Below are positions 44,435 to 53,977 of a DNA stretch of 64,000 nucleotides, piece by piece. Under the pieces are notes generated by a model. That model was not told the DNA's origin, did not search any database, and saw only the letters and a list, made by a program, of their open reading frames with translations. The position numbers and the translations under genes are program-made. The stretch is from Enterobacter phage EC-F2, in the sequence record MN508624.2, one strand, 5' to 3'. Numbering within the stretch: position 1 is the first letter of the stretch; every line of letters begins with the position of its first letter.

Positions 44435-47140
44435 TTACCAGTCATCACCGAACAGAGTGTTCAGGGATGCGCGTTTTTCGTAATCAATTTTACATGCTTC
44501 CGTGATGTTTTGCAACGGGCTAACCACATGTTTTTCAAATAATCCGCCATAGTCTACCCACTTCAAAATATCTTCTTCGATCTCAGTTGGTAAACGCGTA
44601 CCGGATTGCCATGCGATGCAATCAGCTTGCCACGGGTTTTTATCTCGCAACGGCAGAACCATCACCTTTTCACCTTCCATGATCGGGGTGATTCCTTGAA
44701 TACCCTTCGTATGGCGGTTAAAGAACAGAACGCCTTTGATGTGGTTTGGTGTCCCTTTGATTGGGAAGCCAGCACCATCATTATATTTTGAGATATTGTT
44801 AGCAGATGATACACCAGCTATTTCTCGGTAGTCAAGCGCCTTATACTCTTCTTCAAATACTTTGAAGTGTTCGTGTAAGGATTCTTCACCTTCTTGCAGG
44901 ATGCGACGGATCGCTTCTTTCAAGAACTTTTTAACCGCTGTCGGTGTACTGCTTCGCTGGGTTTCCATTCCCATGATCTTTAATTTAGGCTTCTCGTAGC
45001 GGGTTCCTTCGGAGTCCCATACGTTAGCCGCATATCGTTTCTTAGCCGTCCAGAAACTACCCAGACCTTTCGATCCTAGAGGTGGTCCAGAAATGATTTC
45101 GCGATCCATAAACATCAGATGTTCGACGTTGTTCATGTACTCACACAGTTCGCGGTAGCCCTTATCAATGATAGGTTCCATGCGTTCTTTACTGAACTTA
45201 TCCAGGAAGTCAACCCAATGGTTGTTATCCCTGAACTTACTTTCACCGCCGACTTTCGCGATCACGTTATCCATACAAACATAAATGGAGTCGGTGTCAC
45301 AGTAGCGCACGTATGCGTAATCCGTGGTGTTGCACAGTTCGTTAAGGTATTCGTTAACCTTACGTTCAATCCACTGAATAGCCAACTGACCGAACATGGT
45401 GATCGCGCTTGCGTTTCGAATATCGAAGTACCGGAAGTGTTCATTACCCAACGCACCATAAAGGGAGTTGATTGAAATCTTACGGTTAAGCTGTGCGGTG
45501 TTTGCTTGTGCGATCTTCTTCTCACAAACTTTCTTCACGGCTTTAAGCATTTGCTTAGACAGCGTTTTCAGTACAGCTTTTGATTCATCACTGAAATCTT
45601 CGTAGAACTCGAAATCAGGGTTGATCATTTGATTGTGCGCGTCCGTCAGGTGTTCAAGTTCGTGCTTAATCAGTTCGAGATTTCGCTCACCCGCCATCAT
45701 TCGTTTTTTCCACGTCTTACGCTGATCAAATACTTTCTTGATCTCGACCGGAATCACGCCTTTAACATCGCGTCGGAACATCCACCCGTTAGGAGAGCAG
45801 CTAAATTCATCGCTAGGGCGCGGCGCAGTCTTATTGATGTATTCGTGCATCGGACGCACTGCAAAGCTGTTAGCGATTGTCTCAGGGCTTATATTCACCT
45901 GTCGGATGATAGATGGATACAGACTGGTTAAGTCGAACGATACAATGTATTTGTACGGAGCGACAACCGGATCTTTAACGTATGCACCATCATACTGCGT
46001 TTTCGTGTGGCGTTTATTTTCTGGGATTACTTTCTTCTCTTCACGCAGAGAGTTGTAAATGATCGCGTCCCACGTTTTAAGCGGAGACATAACCCCAGGG
46101 AAGTTTATTTTCGCATAGTACGCTACAGACAGAACCAGTTCGATAAAGTTGCGTTTCCCGTCGATATCCAACACGCGGATAACGTCAACGATGTTATACG
46201 TGATGTATTTCTGGTGATCCGCTTGACGCAGTTCAGACAGTGAACCTTCGTAATCAACTTTGTTTTTGCCTGTTTCGAACTCAGCGATTGCGCCCAGAGC
46301 GTAAGACGGTTGCGGGGTGAAACTGAATTTCTTATAGAGATCCATTCCATCCATTTGAGAAACGCCGTAAATCTCGTATCCCAGTTGTTCATTCCCATAA
46401 TGGTCGGTTGTTGTCTTCGCAGTCACTTTCCCGAACGGGCTGAAATGACGAACAACGTTTTGCCCGAAGATGTTCAGGTAACGGGTGATGATATACGCGA
46501 TATCGAATTTGTTCGAGTTCCAGCCCGTAACAATAACAGGTGTCCGCTCTTTCCAGTCTTTGATATAAGCAGACATCAGCGACTTTTCGGTCTGGAATGA
46601 ACGGTAAACAATTTTCTTCAAATCTTCTTCGCTGATCTCTTTTTCGGTATCAACTTTCGACGCTACCCACTCGTCTAACCCGCCCTCGACCAGATCATAC
46701 ACAAAGAATTTATCTTCAACGCTGTCATAGTGGGTGATTGCGTCGATAGCGTATTTTGCTTCGCGTGGATCAGGGAATTCAGGCGCGGTAACTTCGATAT
46801 CAAGTGAAGCAATACGGATCTTGTCGCGATCGTAGTTGATTTCCTTTCTGTAAGAATCGGAGATATACGCCAGCCTGAAATCATCCATGCCTAGCGCTTC
46901 CATACCTACATCTTTCATTCGCTGCATCCAGTTTTTCGCTTCCTTGATGCTGTCGAAGTTCTTTTTGATGCAGGTCTTGCCGTAAATGTCGCGATACGGC
47001 GAGTCTACACCCGCCATAGCGTGTTGAAACATTGTAGGCGCATATTTTGTTTTGCGAACCTGTTCGCGTCCCTCAGAGTCAATGAAGCGCTCGTAGATGT
47101 GATCGCCCATTTGCTCAACGGATAGATAAAATTCATTCAT
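44435..47140 (-). CDS. 43: DNA polymerase (family B)
   Basis: 901 aa; exo motifs, SLYPSII, KISINSLYGALG, YCDTDS polymerase motifs. Confidence 0.95.
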   Translation of the reverse strand: MNEFYLSVEQMGDHIYERFIDSEGREQVRKTKYAPTMFQHAMAGVDSPYRDIYGKTCIKKNFDSIKEAKNWMQRMKDVGMEALGMDDFRLAYISDSYRKEINYDRDKIRIASLDIEVTAPEFPDPREAKYAIDAITHYDSVEDKFFVYDLVEGGLDEWVASKVDTEKEISEEDLKKIVYRSFQTEKSLMSAYIKDWKERTPVIVTGWNSNKFDIAYIITRYLNIFGQNVVRHFSPFGKVTAKTTTDHYGNEQLGYEIYGVSQMDGMDLYKKFSFTPQPSYALGAIAEFETGKNKVDYEGSLSELRQADHQKYITYNIVDVIRVLDIDGKRNFIELVLSVAYYAKINFPGVMSPLKTWDAIIYNSLREEKKVIPENKRHTKTQYDGAYVKDPVVAPYKYIVSFDLTSLYPSIIRQVNISPETIANSFAVRPMHEYINKTAPRPSDEFSCSPNGWMFRRDVKGVIPVEIKKVFDQRKTWKKRMMAGERNLELIKHELEHLTDAHNQMINPDFEFYEDFSDESKAVLKTLSKQMLKAVKKVCEKKIAQANTAQLNRKISINSLYGALGNEHFRYFDIRNASAITMFGQLAIQWIERKVNEYLNELCNTTDYAYVRYCDTDSIYVCMDNVIAKVGGESKFRDNNHWVDFLDKFSKERMEPIIDKGYRELCEYMNNVEHLMFMDREIISGPPLGSKGLGSFWTAKKRYAANVWDSEGTRYEKPKLKIMGMETQRSSTPTAVKKFLKEAIRRILQEGEESLHEHFKVFEEEYKALDYREIAGVSSANNISKYNDGAGFPIKGTPNHIKGVLFFNRHTKGIQGITPIMEGEKVMVLPLRDKNPWQADCIAWQSGTRLPTEIEEDILKWVDYGGLFEKHVVSPLQNITEACKIDYEKRASLNTLFGDDW

Positions 47141-47450
47141 TACGGTTTTCTTTCTCCGTGTTTAATCGTGACAGGAATGATACCCCAGCCAGCTTGATCA
47201 GATCAAGTGAACGTTGCGCTAATTTGTGATAGCGTTGGGTGTCTGGTCGATTTAGGTTTTCAACCAGTGCGGTATATTCTTCCATGATACGGGTATAGAA
47301 TTTAGGGAAATGATCCCGCGCATATGCGTAGGTGCGCAGGTCAGAGAGATTGCAAGTAAGAGACAGTTTGATGTCTTCGCTATGCAGACGGTTGATCAGA
47401 TGATCGCCTGATTCGATAGCTTTGATGATTTCTTCAATACGAATTTTCAT
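47133..47450 (-). CDS. hypothetical protein (105 aa)
   Basis: ORF with promoter-like TGTTATATT upstream. Confidence 0.45.
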   Translation of the reverse strand: MKIRIEEIIKAIESGDHLINRLHSEDIKLSLTCNLSDLRTYAYARDHFPKFYTRIMEEYTALVENLNRPDTQRYHKLAQRSLDLIKLAGVSFLSRLNTEKENRNE

Positions 47451-47484
47451 AATTTAGTCCTCACAAGTGGTATGTAACCAATAT

Positions 47485-47520
47485 AACAAAGCCCCTGCAT
47501 TTCTGCAAGGGCTTTTGATT
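47485..47520 (-). terminator. terminator hairpin (repeated cassette family)
   Basis: ataacaaagcccctgcatttctgcaagggcttttg. Confidence 0.55.
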
Positions 47521-47887
47521 AATGACCGATACGGTACTTGTATTTCAAAGTCCATTCAGCTTTTTGTGCGTGAGTCAATACACGGAAGTTATTCTCTTCG
47601 GAGAATTTCAGATCCGGCGTAAGGATGGAAACCATACCCCACTCTTCCAGAAGTCGCGCAATGTTATTGCGGCGCAGTTCGTCATCTTCGGTCATGTCAA
47701 CCTGGCGACCGTCCAGCTTCAACAGTTCTTTGAAGTGTACGATAAAATAACGCCCTTGTTTCTGTAGGATGTGGCAAGACTGCCACAGCATTTTCTTTTT
47801 GTTATTTGCGATCCCGATACGGGTCAGCGTTTCGCGAATTTTCAGGAAACTGTCATCGCTGGACAGTTTAATTTCGAGCATGTTCAT
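47519..47887 (-). CDS. regA: translational repressor
   Basis: 122 aa; TLTRIGIANNKKKMLWQSCHILQKQGRYFIVHFKELLKLDGRQVDMTEDDELRRN nearly collinear with T4 RegA. Confidence 0.85.
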   Translation of the reverse strand: MNMLEIKLSSDDSFLKIRETLTRIGIANNKKKMLWQSCHILQKQGRYFIVHFKELLKLDGRQVDMTEDDELRRNNIARLLEEWGMVSILTPDLKFSEENNFRVLTHAQKAEWTLKYKYRIGH

Positions 47888-47890
47888 ACA

Positions 47891-48463
47891 TCACCATTTC
47901 TTTATTAGTTGTTCAACCTTTTTCTGGTCGGTTTTATTTTTCACAACATCAGCCAACACAGATAAAGCAACTTTCATATTTTTCCGCTTCCACTCGTCCA
48001 GTTTTTCAAGCTGTTTGAGTTCTTCGTAATATTCCATTGCTATACGTGTATTTACACCGTATCGTTTTTGGAGAACATGAAGGATAACTTTCATTTCGTT
48101 ATCTTCGGTGAGTTTAGCCCACGCCCCGAACCGCTTACCTTTGCGCACCGTATGCAGGTAATAATCAAAGTGCGCCTGGTCTGGTAAACCGGAACCGATC
48201 ATATTCATCGTGTATGCAGGTATCAGCGTTTCGATATGCTGGCTCATTGCATTGTCGATGAAAAACTTATCGTATGAATCAAGGGAAGAGATCCGCAATG
48301 GTGTCTTCCCGTTGTTCAGTTCTTCGAGTACCATAAACAAGGTGTTTTCCTTGTCTTTGGTGTACTCTTTCAAAAGTTCTTCGATCTTGTCCCAGTCTTT
48401 AGAACGCCAGGCCGCTTCATGTTCGTTCAGTTCTTCTTCATCGAGAAAAGCAGCCAGTGACAT
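47891..48463 (-). CDS. 62: clamp loader small subunit
   Basis: 190 aa, position between regA and 44. Confidence 0.7.
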   Translation of the reverse strand: MSLAAFLDEEELNEHEAAWRSKDWDKIEELLKEYTKDKENTLFMVLEELNNGKTPLRISSLDSYDKFFIDNAMSQHIETLIPAYTMNMIGSGLPDQAHFDYYLHTVRKGKRFGAWAKLTEDNEMKVILHVLQKRYGVNTRIAMEYYEELKQLEKLDEWKRKNMKVALSVLADVVKNKTDQKKVEQLIKKW

Positions 48464-48464
48464 T

Positions 48465-49463
48465 TTAAGCCTCCCACGCGAGGGTAAGCATTAAGCCCAT
48501 GAACAGGTATTGCAGGTGAATCTCTTTGTTCACTGCCAGCCCGTACTGTGCGTTGTTTTCGCCTACTGCCTGAATGAGTGCAACCTTAGATTCGTTGGTG
48601 ACGATCGGGTATACCGCATCCAGAAGTTTAGCCAGGAAAGTTTCATACTCAGGCGCGTACTTGATTGCTTCGGCTCGCAGTGCTTTGAAGTTCTTCGCTT
48701 TAAGCCCCTCAATCACTGGTGTGATGTCCGAACCAACAATCTCAGACAGAATACCAGCATCAATTTTGCCACGCTTAGAATAGAACCCAAGAGCTTTAAC
48801 GATGGATCGCGCGTCTGGGTAGTGCTTCTTAACGAATCCGGCGATCACCTGCTGGTCATATTCGATTTTCTCGATTTCGAGGATACCGAAACAACGTTTG
48901 ATCATTTGCTTCATCAGTTCAACGCGTTCTTCCTTCGACGGGGAACCGAACTTGACTACCGGACAGCGGGAGATCAGCGCAGGGTGAATCCCGTTGATGT
49001 TGTTCGCGGTGATGATAACAGTAACGTTCTTGCTGTACGCTTCGATAAAGCTACGCATGTGCTTCTGTGCTTCTGCCATGCCAGGGCGATCGAATTCGTC
49101 AATCAGAATGATTTTACCGCCTTTCTTCTGCGTCATAGAGGACGCGTAACGATCCAGTTCGTTACGGATGAAGTTCACACCACAATCGGAACCGTTGACA
49201 AACATCACTTCCGCATCAACTTCGTTAGCCAGAACCAGCGCCAGCGTTGTTTTACCCGTACCTGGGGAATCAGAAACCAGAGTCATGTTGTCGATGCGTC
49301 CAGACTTGATGAAGCCGCGCATCGTCGCTTTATCAGCAGCAGGGAGAATGCATTCATCGATCGTCGTCGGGCGATAGCGCTGATCCCATGCGAATTCTTC
49401 GGGAGACTGGGAGATTTTGCCGTATTTGGTTTCGATTAACTGTACGTTTTCACTAAGTTCCAT
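48465..49463 (-). CDS. 44: clamp loader ATPase subunit
   Basis: 332 aa; Walker A SPGTGKTT, AAA+ motifs, SRC. Confidence 0.9.
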   Translation of the reverse strand: MELSENVQLIETKYGKISQSPEEFAWDQRYRPTTIDECILPAADKATMRGFIKSGRIDNMTLVSDSPGTGKTTLALVLANEVDAEVMFVNGSDCGVNFIRNELDRYASSMTQKKGGKIILIDEFDRPGMAEAQKHMRSFIEAYSKNVTVIITANNINGIHPALISRCPVVKFGSPSKEERVELMKQMIKRCFGILEIEKIEYDQQVIAGFVKKHYPDARSIVKALGFYSKRGKIDAGILSEIVGSDITPVIEGLKAKNFKALRAEAIKYAPEYETFLAKLLDAVYPIVTNESKVALIQAVGENNAQYGLAVNKEIHLQYLFMGLMLTLAWEA

Positions 49464-49480
49464 AATATTACCTTCAATTG

Positions 49481-49506
49481 ATTATCAAAAAGGGGCTTAA
49501 CGCCCC
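49481..49506 (-). terminator. rho-independent terminator
   Basis: aggggcttaacgcccct + T-run on minus. Confidence 0.5.
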
Positions 49507-49527
49507 TTGTGTACTGCTTTGTTTATC

Positions 49528-50199
49528 TTACTTGAACTGGCTGGTTGCTTCAAGTACCACTACATACGCAACGCCGTTTTCGGACGAGAATTTCGCAGCG
49601 CCGCGAGAAGAGATTTCAACTTTGTAATCGCTGTTGATGAACTGCATGTTGTCAATCTTCATATCGAAATTGAACATGTTATCACCTTCGTAATCGCCCA
49701 CTTCTACCGAGAAGGTTGACTGGCTTTCTTTACTTTTCGCGGTGATTACCAGCTTGCCGTTGATTGGCTCAACAGACAGGTCGGTCAGTTTCATCATGCG
49801 TGACGCTTTGATCAGTTTTTCGAAATCGTTCGCGCTAATCTGGAAAATCAGATCCGCAACTGGCATTTCCAGACGCTTCTTAGGCTGTACGATTGTGGTT
49901 GGATCGCTTGAACGCTCAACGATTTTCATTTTCTCACCACGAATGACGATTTCGCCAGTGGACAGATCGTGAGTTACTTCGGCATCAGTGCCTACAACGT
50001 TCAGCATGTTCAGGAATGAGTTCAGATCGTAGATACCTACATCTTCGTCAATTACGTCAGAAATCGTTGCTTCTGCGTAAACTACGCTGTTGATGGATTT
50101 CGTCATAATGAACGAACCCTTTTTCAGCATTACAGACGGGTTGATCTGGGAGAAGTTTTTCAGGATATCGATCGTTTGTTTAGAGAATTTCATATTCAA
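49528..50199 (-). CDS. 45: sliding clamp
   Basis: 223 aa; MNMKFSKQTIDILKNFSQINPSVMLKKGSFIMT parallels T4 gp45 N-terminus. Confidence 0.9.
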   Translation of the reverse strand: MNMKFSKQTIDILKNFSQINPSVMLKKGSFIMTKSINSVVYAEATISDVIDEDVGIYDLNSFLNMLNVVGTDAEVTHDLSTGEIVIRGEKMKIVERSSDPTTIVQPKKRLEMPVADLIFQISANDFEKLIKASRMMKLTDLSVEPINGKLVITAKSKESQSTFSVEVGDYEGDNMFNFDMKIDNMQFINSDYKVEISSRGAAKFSSENGVAYVVVLEATSQFK

Positions 50200-50213
50200 C
50201 CTATAGTTTTCAA

Positions 50214-50498
50214 TTAGGCAAAAGTGCCGTTAATCAGGGATTCTACAACGCGATCCGCCGCATTGTCAAGGAATTCTTTGCTTTTGGACTCGTTGATTTT
50301 CGTACCCGCTTCGCGAGCGTCGTGAATCAGTCCGGTATGTACTGCGCTTACTGCTTCGTCGATCCGTTTGTAATGCTCAAAGCGTTCAGCTTGAGGCATC
50401 GCACGGAAAATCTCTTTGATGTTTTCCGGCACTTTACCTACCCAGGATTTGCGAACGTTGTTCAGATGCGCTACATATACGTTTTGTTCTAAATTCAT
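50214..50498 (-). CDS. hypothetical protein (94 aa)
   Basis: ORF. Confidence 0.4.
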   Translation of the reverse strand: MNLEQNVYVAHLNNVRKSWVGKVPENIKEIFRAMPQAERFEHYKRIDEAVSAVHTGLIHDAREAGTKINESKSKEFLDNAADRVVESLINGTFA

Positions 50499-50543
50499 AT
50501 CTACCTCAAACTTTCAAATTGGGGGCTTTCGCCCCCGTAAGCA

Positions 50544-51527
50544 TTACAGATCCAGCAGTTTATCCAGGTCGTCATCACCGGAACCACCTTCCAGGTCAAA
50601 CGGAGGGGTGTTGTCATCTTCCGGTACGCTTCCGCCTACGTTCAGTTGACTTACGCCACCAGATTCTTTAGCACCTTTGGACTGGTTGCCATTATCGAAG
50701 TTTTTCAGTTCGTTGTCAAATGAGTTCAGTTCTGAATCCAGATCCGCACCAGCGCTTGCGCCAGCACCCATTGCAGCACCACCGAATACTTTGGTGAACT
50801 TCGCGGTCAGTTCCGCAGTTGGTTTGAACTGGTCTGGAGCAGTGATTGGACGCAGATCGCTCATACCTTCGAAGATTTCTTTCTGACGCGCTTCGTCTTC
50901 GATGCCTTTGATTGGGACAGGAACACCAAATTTGCTGTCGTCGTAGTTAGGCCAGTCACCTACTTTCTTCGCGGTCAGGGTGAAGTTAGCACCACCAAAC
51001 GGACAAGTTACAGCGATACCTGGTTCATCCAGATCAGGGTTGCCAGCGATAGCAGCGGTGATCTTATCCATGATTTTCTTGCCGAAACGGAACTTAAACA
51101 CTTTACCTTCGTTTTCCGGCGCTTTCGGATCTTTAACGACCAGAATGTTAGCCCAGAAGGATTGTTTACGCCCAATCATACCCAGCAGTTTATCAGCTTC
51201 GCCGCCTTTATTGGCTTTGGCTTTTTCGAACAGATCGTTGTCAGAGATATACTGACATACAGGACAACCATCATAATCGCCGTGGGTAGACGGACAGTTT
51301 TCAATGAACCACTGATTGTTCTTTTTGAACGAGTGATTCACCAGGCGAACAAACGCCAGTTCGTCATCAGAGCGGTTAGGCAGGAAGCGAATAGTCGCAG
51401 AACCGTTTTTCTGTGCATCCAGAGTGAGTTTCCACTCTTTTTCATCTTTCTGGAAGCCGGAGGAACCTTTCAGAGCGGCGACTTGTTCTTGCAGTTTGGT
51501 TGGATCTTGACGTTTAAAGAATGACAT
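50544..51527 (-). CDS. 32: single-stranded DNA-binding protein
   Basis: 327 aa; zinc-binding core CPSTHGDYDGCPVCQYIS, WANILVVKDPKAPENEGKVFKFRFGKKI, acidic C-terminal tail. Confidence 0.9.
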   Translation of the reverse strand: MSFFKRQDPTKLQEQVAALKGSSGFQKDEKEWKLTLDAQKNGSATIRFLPNRSDDELAFVRLVNHSFKKNNQWFIENCPSTHGDYDGCPVCQYISDNDLFEKAKANKGGEADKLLGMIGRKQSFWANILVVKDPKAPENEGKVFKFRFGKKIMDKITAAIAGNPDLDEPGIAVTCPFGGANFTLTAKKVGDWPNYDDSKFGVPVPIKGIEDEARQKEIFEGMSDLRPITAPDQFKPTAELTAKFTKVFGGAAMGAGASAGADLDSELNSFDNELKNFDNGNQSKGAKESGGVSQLNVGGSVPEDDNTPPFDLEGGSGDDDLDKLLDL

Positions 51528-51530
51528 ATG

Positions 51531-52196
51531 TTATTTCTCGTTTAAGTTAATTAAAGTTTGTTTCATTAAGTTTCGGTATTTTACGATTTCTTCGTTACTG
51601 ATTTCAACTAATTTTCTGTATGCGTTTAGTTTTTTACTAAATTCATTCCAGACGAAATCCGTTGCGATTTCATCGTGTTTATTTATGATGTCTAAAAACG
51701 AGTCGAGGATCAAGAATGATTCATAAGAAATCACCCCAGACTGTACGAGTTTGCTGATATACGAGGTTGATGATTTGACGCTATACTGAAACACCGTTGA
51801 GAGGGGAATACCTTTCATGCGGGAAAATTCATACAGGTTTTTTACATCGTCCACGAAAATATTATCAATTCGCCTCAACTTGCCTATGTATTGACGATAA
51901 AACACGATCGTATCTTCGTCTACATCCCCGACCCAGAAGTCGGGGTTAGCTACCATGTTGGAGAGAAGTATAAGATATATTTCTTTGAATGTAAACCTTT
52001 CGGCTAACTTTTTGAAAAAATACTTATCTCTTCTCTTTTCGAACGCTTTTTCAGTGATCTTTATTTCCCATTTGTACTTGATCGCGTCATACTTCCCAGC
52101 AAAGTGATTTTTCATCACCAGATACAGTTTGTATACCGCAATCGGTTTCAAACGGGAATTAGCGTCTGAACTGTCAAACGGGGTTTTAAATTTCAC
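51531..52196 (-). CDS. 59: helicase loader
   Basis: 221 aa (T4 217), synteny 32-59-33. Confidence 0.8.
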   Translation of the reverse strand: MKFKTPFDSSDANSRLKPIAVYKLYLVMKNHFAGKYDAIKYKWEIKITEKAFEKRRDKYFFKKLAERFTFKEIYLILLSNMVANPDFWVGDVDEDTIVFYRQYIGKLRRIDNIFVDDVKNLYEFSRMKGIPLSTVFQYSVKSSTSYISKLVQSGVISYESFLILDSFLDIINKHDEIATDFVWNEFSKKLNAYRKLVEISNEEIVKYRNLMKQTLINLNEK

Positions 52197-52444
52197 ATGA
52201 AATCATCCAGTGTTTGCGTCGTCGCGTGGTCTTTAGCCACAGAAGGACGCAGCAGATTGTTTTTAATGGCTTCGTCGCTAATCTTGTCGATGATCGCTTT
52301 CGGTACTGTTTTGGACAGCATAGCATAATCAATGCTGTTTTCGTCCATCCATTGTAACGTAGCTTCCATGTAGGTTGCCCCCTCAGAGGCAACCAGATTT
52401 TCGATATACAAGCCGACTTCGGTTTTGTTTCCGATTTCGCTCAT
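52193..52444 (-). CDS. 33: late transcription coactivator gp33 (putative)
   Basis: 83 aa acidic protein with C-terminal ...TLDDFM, position. Confidence 0.55.
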   Translation of the reverse strand: MSEIGNKTEVGLYIENLVASEGATYMEATLQWMDENSIDYAMLSKTVPKAIIDKISDEAIKNNLLRPSVAKDHATTQTLDDFM

Positions 52445-52445
52445 A

Positions 52446-52709
52446 TTACGCCTTATCGATCACATCGTACAGTTCGATAAGTTCGTTGTTCTGTTCTTCG
52501 AACGCGGTACGTGCCTGTTCGTGATACAGTTTGAACAGCTTGCCGAAGGTTTTACCGTCGATACCATAATCCGTTTTCGCTTTGGATTTGATGTCTTTGA
52601 AAGAACCCTGGAAGTGTTCGATCTGGGTTTTCACGTTCGACGCTTCTTTGATCAGTTCTTTAACCGCTTTAGCGATGTCTGGGTTTTCTTGCAGTAATTC
52701 TACACTCAT
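52446..52709 (-). CDS. dsbA: dsDNA-binding protein DsbA (putative)
   Basis: 87 aa, synteny 33-dsbA-rnh. Confidence 0.5.
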   Translation of the reverse strand: MSVELLQENPDIAKAVKELIKEASNVKTQIEHFQGSFKDIKSKAKTDYGIDGKTFGKLFKLYHEQARTAFEEQNNELIELYDVIDKA

Positions 52710-52718
52710 TTTGTTACC

Positions 52719-53654
52719 TCAAAAGTCACTTAGTTTTTCATACATACGGGTAAGTTTGCATTCCATGAAGTATTTCTCCATTTTTGCTTTGTTCCCGATT
52801 TTTGGAGCATTGTACGCTTCTTCGATTGCCGTTGCAACATCTTTCGGAATAAAATCAAAGTCGCGAAGTTCTTCGTTTTCTCTGTAGCGGATCGCCCACT
52901 CTTCGGGCATACCCACGGTCGGATCGTCCGCTTCCAGCCAGGCTTCGAGTTCAGCAGCCCTGATTTGTGGGGCGCGTTCTCCTTCAACCTTCGTAACAAT
53001 ATAGTCATTTCGCATTTTAATGCAAGCGATACTATCTTTTTTATCGCCCTTGATGATCTTCATGCGCAAATCGTTACGAGGTGAACCATATTTCGGTGTA
53101 ACCCATTTCTTTTGGGTTGGCGACCACTGACGCACACCCTGATATTTTTGAAGGGCTGCAAAGTCACCATCAGCAGAAACGATCAGGACACGTTTACCTT
53201 CGGATACCGCTTTACGCGTCACCACACCGATCACGTCATCGGCTTCTGCGAAGTCAACACGGATACCTTTGTACGGTAAATTAGCACGGATTTCATCGTA
53301 TGTCGGGTGAAGGAAACCATTCAGGCGATCCCAGTCCCAATCCGATGCTTCTTGTTCCATTTTTCGTTTCTTTTTGTAGTACCAGGCTTTACTTCTGCGC
53401 CAATACTTGTTATCATCAAAGGCTAGAACAATTTCAGGGTACTCGCCTTTGAATTTAACCACATTGTGACGAATGGTGTCAAGCACTATGTGACGAACAA
53501 TTTGTTGGTTGATGTCATTCTGGTCTTTCGGCTTGAAGTTGTTCATCAACGTTGCTACCGAAAGGTTTGAAATATCTATACACATCACATCAACAGGATC
53601 ATCGTCATTGCTCATTAAGCTGTTCAGGTTGAACATACTTGCAAATGAAGACAT
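52719..53654 (-). CDS. rnh: RNase H (5'-3' exonuclease, FEN family)
   Basis: Start at ATG 53654 (RBS gagg; the ORF-track start 53699 lies upstream of the promoter -10); WDWD, SADGDF, WSPTQKKWV, KGDKKD motifs as in T4 RNase H. Confidence 0.85.
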   Translation of the reverse strand: MSSFASMFNLNSLMSNDDDPVDVMCIDISNLSVATLMNNFKPKDQNDINQQIVRHIVLDTIRHNVVKFKGEYPEIVLAFDDNKYWRRSKAWYYKKKRKMEQEASDWDWDRLNGFLHPTYDEIRANLPYKGIRVDFAEADDVIGVVTRKAVSEGKRVLIVSADGDFAALQKYQGVRQWSPTQKKWVTPKYGSPRNDLRMKIIKGDKKDSIACIKMRNDYIVTKVEGERAPQIRAAELEAWLEADDPTVGMPEEWAIRYRENEELRDFDFIPKDVATAIEEAYNAPKIGNKAKMEKYFMECKLTRMYEKLSDF

Positions 53655-53684
53655 TTCAATACCTCGTTGTTGTTGAATGAAACT

Positions 53685-53713
53685 GATTATAGTGATCACT
53701 TTTTCAAAGTCAA
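53685..53713 (-). promoter_or_regulatory. strong sigma70-type promoter TTGACT-17-TATAAT driving rnh
   Basis: minus-strand ttgact(53713-53708) 17 nt tataat(53690-53685). Confidence 0.6.
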
Positions 53714-53742
53714 TAGATCATTTCAAAAATCTGAGCGAAGCG

Positions 53743-53872
53743 AAGGACACGAACGTAGTGAGTGTCTATGTACTGAATGTACGTTTTAATATTTTTATAT
53801 TTTATATATAGAGAAAACAGTACATTTCCGTATACTTTTTAACCAGTTTTAACTATCCGTTTCGCTTCGCTC
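53743..53872. repeat. nested inverted repeats (GAGCGAAGCGAA/TTCGCTTCGCTC outer, ATGTACTG/CAGTACAT inner) around an AT-rich core
   Basis: Read directly from sequence in the rnh-55 divergent intergenic region. Confidence 0.6.
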
Positions 53873-53923
53873 ACGGAAGCGCTTCGCGCTGATTTTATTA
53901 AATAATATAGATTGGAAGTAGGT

Positions 53924-53952
53924 TTGAAACACCTGATTCAATCGGCTATAAT
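53924..53952 (+). promoter_or_regulatory. sigma70-type promoter TTGAAA-17-TATAAT driving gene 55
   Basis: ttgaaacacctgattcaatcggctataat. Confidence 0.6.
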
Positions 53953-53977
53953 GAATGTATTCAATTTGGAGAATATA

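Noticed and set aside
48510-49439. 309-aa plus-strand ORF
   Set aside because: Antisense to clamp-loader gene 44.
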